Shown one piece after another: positions 24,623-33,194 of a DNA stretch of 64,000 bases. The DNA is taken from positions 16,222,784 through 16,286,783 of the forward strand of contig CM121341.1 of the NCBI GenBank assembly GCA_051530055.1, read 5' to 3'. Every line of letters begins with the position of its first letter. Position 1 is the stretch's first letter. Under the pieces are notes generated by a model. It ran no database searches. It was not told the origin of the DNA and saw nothing but the letters and a program-made list of their open reading frames with translations. The stretch comes from Neoechinorhynchus agilis. Taxonomy: Eukaryota > Animalia > Acanthocephala. Both the position numbers and the translations under genes were made by a program.

Positions 24623-25345
24623 TTATGTCCACGCGATGAAGACCCGCGCAGCAGCAAATACCTCTCTTCTAAATTCCTCTTTCGTTATGCCGAGAAAGTT
24701 AGAACTAATTAATTTCCGATACTCCACTACGTAGCGAGCTATTCTCTGAAGAACGAAGACTGAATCTAGCACTTTTCCAAGTTTCGTGTGCTGGCTGTTA
24801 GCGTTGGTTTAAGTTTATGAACAGGATTAAAACTAAATCTAGAAACAGGCTGAAAAAATGGCCGATAATAAGCAAAATTATGCCGGATAGACATTAGTTG
24901 GTCAAGTTTAATTAAATAGTCAAAGCGAAGATTAAATTAAGAAATATTAATTACCATAATGTTTTCTTTAGTCTTAATTGTTGACTTTAATATTGCAATT
25001 TTTGCAGATTCCGCTCTTCAAAAGTTATCATTAGGATTTTTTTCGTTGACGCTAATCTTTTACCGCACAGTCTATCGAAAGATTAGAAGGAACGTGATCC
25101 TCTAATGGAAATCCCTCCAGATGCGACGAGTCGAAATTTAAGTGGGTATTTAAATCTTTTCCTGTTGTTCGTGTGAAATTGTGCAAAAAGTTACATCGCG
25201 GGCTTAAATACATGTCATTAAAATGTGGGTCACAAAGTTTGTCGTTTTCGCTCGATTTTGCCGGTTCGCAGGAAAAAAGGCGAATATTGATTCTGAGTGC
25301 CGAAATTTTCAAGGAAAGCGGACGAATTCGTAGCTTTTGAAACAA
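24623..25345 (-). CDS. Uncharacterised spliced protein with mitochondrial-presequence-like N-terminus
   Basis: MFQKLRIRPLSLKISALRINIRLFS (R/K/L/S-rich, no acidic residues); later exon ...KLGKVLDSVFVLQRIARYVVEYRK...AWT*. Junctions unresolved. Confidence 0.42.
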
Positions 25346-25534
25346 AGCCCAAATTTAAGTATGATCGATATAGTGGCTTGTGCCGGGAAGTGAAAATTGA
25401 CGAACTGCGTGGAGAGATTGGTTGATTGATCAAGTTATTTAATAAGAAAAAGAAGGAGAATAAAGCAGCCGTTCGATCAGGTTACCGAATGTCAAATAAA
25501 TTGACTAAGGAATCCAAATCTTTTCGTTGAAGGA

Positions 25535-25685
25535 GAATGTTTGAAAAAGTACATTCTAACTATAGTAGAAGAATTCTGTCCGGAAAAGAAGAGTGCAATT
25601 AAAACCGTTAGCTTGGCACGAATGACGATCACAGTAGAAGATTTGGGAAGTTATCTTCCGCTCAAATTAAAGACAAAGGCAAGTC
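25535..25685 (+). mobile_element. hAT (GTF2IRD2/SPIN/Charlie-like) transposase fragment
   Basis: EEFCPEKKSAIKTVSLARMT..VEDL resembles the CPEK...F..ISLSR.T..RRIEDL block of this family. Confidence 0.6.
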
Positions 25686-25910
25686 AAAGAAGAAATGAGC
25701 GGGGAATGGGCTGGAGTGCTGGGAATGAATAGACAAGTTTAGAAATGTATTGGATGTCCTTCCACAAAACGGCGAGTAAATAAGCGACGATGTTGGGAGG
25801 ATAGAGTCAAGGAAAGAGGAAATGGGTTGAAATTTAGAAAAATTGAATTTTAAGACGCAGCGCTCACCCTGAGTCGAAAAAACTGGCTGAGTTTGACATT
25901 TCGTAGTTGT

Positions 25911-25982
25911 GTCGAGGTGGTCAAGTGGACTAATGCCCGTGATCCCGATTAGGGGTCAAGTGGTTCGAATCCGTTACCACCA
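25911..25982 (+). promoter_or_regulatory. tRNA-derived RNA polymerase III internal promoter (SINE-like head)
   Basis: A box TGGTCAAGTGG (25918-25928) and B box GGTTCGAATCC (25962-25972) at tRNA spacing. T-arm retained; acceptor stem and anticodon loop degenerate. Confidence 0.8.
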
Positions 25983-26000
25983 ATGGCGCACAGTCAAAGA

Positions 26001-26068
26001 GGACGAAATACCGCTGAAGGGAGGAAACTCACTGATGAGTCCCGTCTCCTAAAGGTATCTGAGGATCC
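26001..26068 (+). ncRNA. Hammerhead ribozyme, non-circularly permuted strand order
   Basis: GGAC-GAAA-TACC (26001-26012); CTCA-CTGATGA-GTCC (26028-26042); GGTAT-C-TGAG (26054-26063). All core residues and all three helices are complementary; predicted cleavage after C26059 (AUC). Confidence 0.8.
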
Positions 26069-26391
26069 GGAGGAATGTACACACTCTTAACCGTGCATCG
26101 GAGACTATGTGGTTATATCACTTCTCTGATGTATTTGGTTTGGCTCTATGCCTAAAAATAAGCCGGACAAGAAGGGATAAACTAAAATTTAATGATGATA
26201 AAAATTGAATGATCAATTGAAACAATTATGAAGTAATTCAGTTCGGAAAGTAGGAACGCGTGGCATTTACGACCTTTAATTGCAATAGGGACGTTCAGAT
26301 TCTATGAAATTCGAGCACTCATGTTAAGATTCTTTAAGCATTGCACTATCAGATTCATATTAGAAATCATTTTTATTTGCTCCGGAAAATA

Positions 26392-27609
26392 TTACGCATT
26401 GGCGCAATATTTTGAGTATTCTTCAAGCGGCATTGGAACATTTTCCTCGTGTTGCCCCACGACGACACCCTTGGGGGAGTATCTTGCAACAATTACAAAA
26501 TACTCTGCGTTCCAGGCATCGCCGTGTTTTGGTTTAGCTGCGATTCCGAACCCCACTTTCGTTGTCTCTTTCCATACGACTTGCAAGAAATGATTTATGA
26601 CACCACCGTTGCTTTTTCGTGACCCATAGTCATAATTTCTTATTTCACAGTACCAATCTCTGGTCGTGTGATCACCATAACGTGTATCGTAATCAATTTT
26701 GCCATCCACTGGATAAATAATAGAGTAGTGTAGATTTTCACCGATCCCTCGCTTAGCCAACCCACATCTATGTTTTAACTGATTTAATTGTGCCAATCGT
26801 TCAGCATACGCTTGTGCTTCTTGGGCCAATGATGCATCATATTCCAATGGCGATACACCGTGAGCTTTTCGTCGTTCGTTGTGCGAATCCAGGAGTTGAT
26901 CCTTGAACTTGCTAAAGATAGCTTGCTGATCCCCTTGGTCATGTTGTTTATCGGTATAATCCGGTGTTTGTTGAGTTGTAGTCGATTCCCGTTCTGGGTG
27001 CTTAGTCGTCGAAAGCAGACTTCCGGACTCACATCCAGGTATACAGCGCTCGAAGCAGTTCGCCCAGTTCTCTGCGGTCTTATCTTGATCGGGCCAACTA
27101 TTCCATTCCTCTGCACAAGTTCCTGAACAAATTTCGAAACATCCTGGATGTCCTAAGACTCTGAATTGGTCATCTTGAACTTGATTTGCCGCTTCTAGAG
27201 GTAGTGAATTAGTAAATCTGCATTTGGGAATGCAACTCTGGAAACATTCTCCCCAAACCAAAGGTGTGGCCCATGTATCTCTGCAGATACCATAGCAATT
27301 CGCATAACATTCCACAGCGGGTTTCTGGTGATTAACTTTATTTTCCGGCTCAATAATTCCATCCGTTATCTCAATTTCTTGAGGTGTGGTCTCTAATTTA
27401 AGTTCCGTCGAAGTTGAAGGTAAAGTGTTGGATTCACATTTCGAGTAACATCCCTCAAAGCAAGCTTCCCATTTTCCTTGTGTCCTCTCATCTTCCGATA
27501 AACTGTTCCATTCCTGATCACAGACATCCCAACACTTGTTGTAACAATTTGGTAACCCACAAATGACTAACACCAAAATGGTCAAAATTACGAGAGTTAA
27601 AGATCTCAT
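26392..27609 (-). CDS. Secreted CAP/SCP (GAPR-1/GLIPR2-like) domain protein with three N-terminal 6-Cys repeats, intronless
   Basis: Signal peptide MRSLTLVILTILVLVICG; CAP motifs HNERRKAHG, GENL, HFLQVVWKETTKVGFG, VARYSPKG. ATG at 27609. Confidence 0.9.
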   Translation of the reverse strand: MRSLTLVILTILVLVICGLPNCYNKCWDVCDQEWNSLSEDERTQGKWEACFEGCYSKCESNTLPSTSTELKLETTPQEIEITDGIIEPENKVNHQKPAVECYANCYGICRDTWATPLVWGECFQSCIPKCRFTNSLPLEAANQVQDDQFRVLGHPGCFEICSGTCAEEWNSWPDQDKTAENWANCFERCIPGCESGSLLSTTKHPERESTTTQQTPDYTDKQHDQGDQQAIFSKFKDQLLDSHNERRKAHGVSPLEYDASLAQEAQAYAERLAQLNQLKHRCGLAKRGIGENLHYSIIYPVDGKIDYDTRYGDHTTRDWYCEIRNYDYGSRKSNGGVINHFLQVVWKETTKVGFGIAAKPKHGDAWNAEYFVIVARYSPKGVVVGQHEENVPMPLEEYSKYCANA

Positions 27610-27959
27610 TTTGGTCAACAAAATTTTTATACGTTGGACGACATTTTATACACATTATTAATCCTCGCAATTTAGACAATTACCGTGACCTTAATTAAGG
27701 TTTTCGTTGAAACTTTGTTGTACGAGAGAGATGAACAGTGTTTTTGTGAGTATTGTAAAACCCGTGACCATTTACGCCCTACGAAAAAGTCTCGGAAAAG
27801 TGAGGACAAGCGTTTCTAACCACCCGAAGTGCTATCGTGCATTGGAAATATATTCGATTCTTCGGTCTTGGCATCCAGAGTGCCACCGAGGTAGCAATTC
27901 CTGCCTTTTCGTCGTCGAGCTCGGTCTCTTCAGACCTGGTGCTGAGAATCATCCCACCA

Positions 27960-28450
27960 AACATTCGACACGAGTCACATCCACCGCCTGAACTGATCGA
28001 AGCGCACGCTGAATAGACGTCAGTGTTCGGGCAAGTCGTTCCAACGGAAACAAACTCCCAAAAACGTTGGACTACCTTGCTCCACACTGCGTATTATCAC
28101 CAGCTTCTTAACTCATGCTCATCTCCCAACGATGGAGCTCGTCTCCTGGCAGTCTCAGCTCCACACTCCAGCGACTTCTTGAAGGCTTTCCCGATCACAA
28201 CTGTTGGCACGAGGCTGGATGATCAGGCCATCACCGTCGCATGGGCATCAATATATTTTCATCCCGATTGCGGTGGAAACACTGGGATGTCTCGGAAAAG
28301 AAGCCGATTATTTCCTCTCACGACTGGGAGGGATGCTAAAACGTGTCATCGGCGATATGCGATCCAGCAGCTTCCTGTTGCAGCGAATCAGCGCGGCGAT
28401 CCAACGCGGCAATGCCGCGGCCATCAAGGAAGCTGCCGAACAAACATAAC
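27960..28450 (+). mobile_element. CRE-clade 3' fragment, internally deleted
   Basis: SQKRW, ARLLAVSAPHSSDFLKAFP, GTRLDDQA; FIPIAVETLG, LLQRISAAIQRGNAAAI. Confidence 0.85.
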
Positions 28451-28672
28451 ATTTGAAGGCAACAAATTGAAGAAATTGTGTGATAATCTTGAAGTTTGTT
28501 ACATAGTTGATTGGTGGTTTGTTAAATTTCGGCCTTCGCGTAGGTCTTCACAGTCTGCTTTTCGGAGGAAAATTCGATTGGAAGTGTTGCGGGGTCGGGC
28601 AATTGATTGTGCTCTCGGTTTCGAAGGATGCTGATGACCGGCGCCGTGTTGGATCGTCGTGCTGGTGCATTC

Positions 28673-28745
28673 TGTTTCCGCCCAGGCTCGAACTGGGGAC
28701 CTTCTGCGTGTTAGGCAGACGTGATAACCACTACACCACGGAAAC
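28673..28745 (-). tRNA. tRNA-Val (anticodon AAC)
   Basis: 73 nt; differs from 23193-23265 by one D-arm base. Confidence 0.96.
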
Positions 28746-29804
28746 TGCTGGCGATGCTTTATTAGTTTTTTGCGTCCCTTAGTTTCGTTACTTTGTCATA
28801 TGAAAGTCACTAAATCTAAAAAATGTTTTAAATACGACGGTCCTAAATAAAAAGGAGGAACCCTTTTAATAAGCGAAGGATGCCGATTGAGGAAACCCTT
28901 TGCTTTTTTGGAATATTTCAGACACTGATTTGTCGACGGGGCACACAATGGTCAGTTGACCTCAGAAACAATCATCGTCGCTGCGATAAAATGAAGATTG
29001 ACAATGGCACTCGGCCGTAATAAATTGATTTTCATAGAAACAAAAGGTGTTCGTTTTAATCCTTATCGCTCCAAATAACGAATATTCATTAAAGATTCGT
29101 GTATTACGTGAGCACGATCTTGGAAACGTTCAAAAGCAATAAGCTTCTTGGGTGTTCTGCACCAAGATAACTTGCAGAGTTTTTGTATACACATTTTGTT
29201 TAGTTTGTTCTCCCATCGAGCTTTTTGGATACGCATTAAATACGGCTGAATATAAGAGATTTATAATAACTGCAACATCTTTGTATCGTTTATTGCGCAA
29301 CGTAGAAATCATTGTAACACAAGTTCGGATGCGATGCACTCTCCGATGATCCGAATAATCCATACTTTAGAAAAAGATAAAGTGATTTCTAATAAGTTCA
29401 TTGCCGCTTAAAGCTTTAGGAAAATTCGGCGTGTTTGAAGTATATCACGGGCCTACTGAGATTAAAAACGTTCGCTCCAATGCGAGTTAAATTTATAATT
29501 TTTGAGAAGAGAACAGATTCTTGTTTTATGTACCATCATCGCCGGTTAACAATTATAAACTCGTCACAAAATGTTTAGCCACTTGTAATTTCGAATAGCA
29601 AATAGTTTCATTGCCTTAATATCGGCTCGTATACTTTAAATAGAAATACATTTAAATTCTCCGACAATATCGGATATTTTTCGATTCAGGATAAATATTT
29701 TATTAATTTTGTCCATAAACCGTTACCATGGAATCCGTAGCTCTTTGCTTTTGCCCTTTAGCCGCTTAACAAGCGTAAATATTTTATCAAAACGCAGCGC
29801 ACTA

Positions 29805-31201
29805 ATGCCTCAGTTTATCAACCTTCACGTTGGTGGATTCGGAACTAACGTCGGGACGGAATGCTGGCGTCTTTACGCTGAGGAACAGTGTATGGACCCA
29901 AATGGTGAACTTCGAACAAAAGGAACACCCGCTCTGAATTCCTTCTTCCATGAAGTTCAGCGAAATATTTATAAACCAAGAGCAGTGCTCATCGATACAA
30001 ACGGAGCGGTACGAGCAAGGCTATTAAGGAGTGAATACCGTGCTCTATTTAGTGATTTGTTTACATTAGCACAACCGAAAATGGATTTACAGACTTTCGA
30101 CGACGTGTTCGATTATTTTGCGATGGAATCCACAAGAACTTGCTTAACGCATTGATTTAGGGTTTAAAAGGTATTGGAGCGGGAACTACAGGGTTCACAC
30201 TTTCCTAACTAAGGAACTTTTAATCACGAAGGGCATCCTTTTCTTCGAAAACTACCTGAATCAGTGTAATATACGAAAATCTTCGCAAAGAAGCGGAGAG
30301 ATGTGACCAACTTGCAGGCGTTCTTTTGACCAATTCCTCTAAGGGATCGACTGGAAGTGTGATAGGAGTTCAGCTACTGTATGATATAGACGATAATTTC
30401 CCTAAAACATCAAAAATATCGTTCACTGATTACGCTTTTGGTCAAATAGACGAAGTAAACGCCTACTACTCTGCGATTTATCAATCGAATACATCCGAGC
30501 TTGTGGACTGCGATTTCTGTTTCGATTTTGATGCGATCAGTAGATTTTATTTAGCAAATTATGGACAAGGGAGTATTCAGATGCTTCACGCTGACCGCCT
30601 ACTGGCTCAAGCGATAAGTGCCGTGACAATGTATGATCGTTTGTCTCATTCAAGGGTATTGTGCCAATTGACAGAAAACCTACGGTTGACCCGAATCTTG
30701 AATCACGCTGTTATGATGTTCAGCACTGATAATGATAATCGTGTGTCCACTTGGGAAATGTCCCGAAGACTATTTAAATCAGAAAATTGCCTATGTAGTA
30801 TTGAAATTGGTGCCAATGAGTTCCTAGGCTGCGCGTTAAACTACCGTGGAGTTGCGAATAAAACTGCAATAAATGAAGATATTATTAAAATTAAAACGCT
30901 TCTCCCGTATAGCTCGCTTACCGCCAAAGCTAGGCTTACGGTAGATAACATTCCTGCAAAACCAAAGAAGATCGATAGTACGGATTTTGGGTCAATGAAT
31001 TGTTCAGTAACTATGCTGTGCAATACTCCAGACATAATGGATCTTTGGCAAGGATTAAGTGAGCGAGTAAAGAATATGCGAAACTCCGAAGTTTTGTTGC
31101 ATAATTTCAGAAAGGAAACAGTAGATGAACTAGTCGATAAATCTGTAGAGTCCTTGGAGAGTCTCATTCAGGGTTATGGAAATATTGACTTTCGTAAATA
31201 A
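29805..31201 (+). CDS. Highly divergent alpha-tubulin-like protein, spliced
   Basis: INLHVGGFGTNVGTECWRLY, NSFFHE, PRAVLID, YRALF; KGSTGS at the GGGTGSG position; LNYRG; MLCNT. Internal exon boundaries at 30090-30330 unresolved. Confidence 0.75.
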
Positions 31202-31321
31202 AAGTATTCATGTGTGTAGGTTTGTTAAATAAGAATATCATTTTGCTAAAAATATTAGGGTACTACGTCGAATTCACACCAATCGAAGTTGAGTTTTATA
31301 GTGTAAACGACATAATCGGTT

Positions 31322-32209
31322 CTATCGTTTTCTCGGTCTAATCGTAAATCCACTTCGACCTTTGTATTCAAAGGTAAAGATTAGGGTTAGAAGATAAAAG
31401 CACCGACTTTGGGGTACACAAATCTCTTTGGCAAAGATCGCGAATGATTCCCGAAGACTTTCCGTGTCGTTTAACAAAATTTCTTTCCAAAGCACTGCAA
31501 TCGCAAATTGGTGGGATTAATCATTTTGGTACACATAAACTCACGAATATTTTCTTCACTTGCCTTCCAAGCCTGTGCAAGATCCCTCGTATCGTGACAA
31601 TCGTCTTCTTCGTTCCATTGAATACCCAACACCATGTACCGCACCGCCTAAAAATCAAATACTGAAAAATGTATCCTGGGATAAATGAGCAAAAACCACT
31701 TCCTTCTTTGCATTCTTGGTGCGCAATAGACATTCAACGTAAAGGGTAAAATTTTGAATTTGATGAAGAGATTCCATGTTACCAGCTCGATAGACTAAGA
31801 CGATTCCCTTTACAAGAATTTACGCGCCTGGTCAGTCTCGAAAAGACTAACGTCCATCGCATGCAAAAGTACAGGGATCGCTTTACAGACATTCATTTGC
31901 AAAGGATCAGTAGAGAGTTCAGCGTTAGATCCTGACTGAAATCAGACAATCCTTTCGTTGGTTTCACATTTACTCACAAGTCCTTGGGTGTCATAAAGTC
32001 TAGCTTCAAGGCCCGATTCCTTGTCCAACAGAGTTACATAAGTGTCCTCCAATGTGGGAAAATATGGCTTTTTGCGTTTTAGCAGAAATTTCGCTTGGAA
32101 AAAATAAACCAACCGTTGTTGGTATCGTTCCATAAGACAGAACATTGAGCATATAACTTTTTCCTACTGCTTTTAAGCCGCATACCATAAGCTTGCATGC
32201 TTTTCCCAT
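31322..32209 (-). CDS. NKIRAS: kappaB-Ras (NF-kappa-B inhibitor-interacting Ras-like), multi-exon
   Basis: MGKACKLMVCGLKAVGKS, PTLEDTY, LYDTQGL, YMVLG, AQAWKASEENI-LLWKEI, PQSRSGF match the NKIRAS pattern. Confidence 0.85.
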
Positions 32210-32705
32210 CTAAAATTATCAAATAAATCAAGAACCTCTCGTTGTAGGACTTTGCAGCACAAAGCTCTCTATTACATAAAAACAAATCACTCATCGGCGC
32301 ACATCAATGGAAGTTCATTCGATCGATTATTGAACCAAGAATCGATCCCGGAATTCGCTTTTGATGCCGAGAAACCATCCATCTCAACTTGGCCCGTACT
32401 GCAGCGTCCAGCTTCAGCTCATCGTGGTCGTATTCTTTGGGATAAATCGGATCCGATATGTGGCTGATCAGTTTAACTGGAAATAGACCGAAAAGTGGAA
32501 TAACAGGAAGACGAGTCTTTTCGTAAATCCACCGCAATAGCCTACTTGTTCGCAATCCACATGGACTCCGTGCCACTTCTCTGCAGTTGGATGTAAAAAG
32601 AATCAAGAGTGGGCAGTCTGCCTCGATGGCAAGACGAGCGTACCCTCTCCTCTGAGACCAGATAATCTCGTAGTTATCCGGAGAACCAAATTGAGCTTCC
32701 CGCAC
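31326..32705. repeat. Inverted segmental duplication 2, left arm (mirror at 44304-45696)
   Basis: Reverse-complement identity with scattered substitutions and small indels. Confidence 0.95.
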
Positions 32706-33194
32706 TCCGCCGGGCGCAATAGCCAATAATTGTGAAGTTTCACAATCCATTAAACGTTCCATGCACTCCTCCATAACGCTTGGATCATTTCCAGCAGCAA
32801 TGGCTCCAAAAAGATTGAGCAGCGATCGAATAAATGGAATGCAGAAGAGAAATTTGTCAGTCAATACACTAATCTTTCGATTTTTGTGGATAATAAACTT
32901 TGCAATAACGTACTGAATATCAAGTGGGAGTGATCCATGAAAATAAACGATGATTGCTGATTCTTTTTCTGGAACGTTATCAATTCCACGAATCTCGTGT
33001 CCATTATAGAATCGGGAAGCAATTTCCCATAACACGGCAAGTACTTTTAATGTGATTTGTTCTCCGAATAGTGGAAGAGATATCCTTATGAACAATGACG
33101 AGAGACACATCCCGAGCAAGAAACACACTGGGAATATGAGACAGCATAAAAATAAAATACCGCTGATGCGAATGGCCTCCAGTCCGTAAATCAT
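32304..33194 (-). CDS. TMEM68: TMEM68-like acyltransferase, intronless
   Basis: FYNGHEIRGIDNVP, VYFHGSLPLD, IAPGGVREA, IIWSQRRGYA, YEKTRLP.IP..G.FPVKL. Confidence 0.88.
   Translation of the reverse strand: MIYGLEAIRISGILFLCCLIFPVCFLLGMCLSSLFIRISLPLFGEQITLKVLAVLWEIASRFYNGHEIRGIDNVPEKESAIIVYFHGSLPLDIQYVIAKFIIHKNRKISVLTDKFLFCIPFIRSLLNLFGAIAAGNDPSVMEECMERLMDCETSQLLAIAPGGVREAQFGSPDNYEIIWSQRRGYARLAIEADCPLLILFTSNCREVARSPCGLRTSRLLRWIYEKTRLPVIPLFGLFPVKLISHISDPIYPKEYDHDELKLDAAVRAKLRWMVSRHQKRIPGSILGSIIDRMNFH

Larger units (their letters stand above)
24740..27852. repeat. Inverted segmental duplication, left arm (mirror at 60887-64000, continuing beyond the window)
   Basis: Reverse-complement near-identity throughout; coordinates sum to about 88740. 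Confidence 0.95.

Noticed and set aside
25911-25982. Functional tRNA gene
   Set aside because: The acceptor stem does not pair and there is no 7-nt anticodon loop; only the promoter boxes and T-arm remain.
26784-27126. Overlapping alternative-frame and antisense ORFs inside CAP, eIF6, SAAL1, CRE and other long ORFs
   Set aside because: Shadow ORFs of real coding sequence, duplicated only because the host segment is duplicated.
28565-28645. GAAA ... CTGATGA downstream of tRNA 28673, a possible type II hammerhead
   Set aside because: Stem II fails after one pair and no stem III/NUH/stem I set is found.
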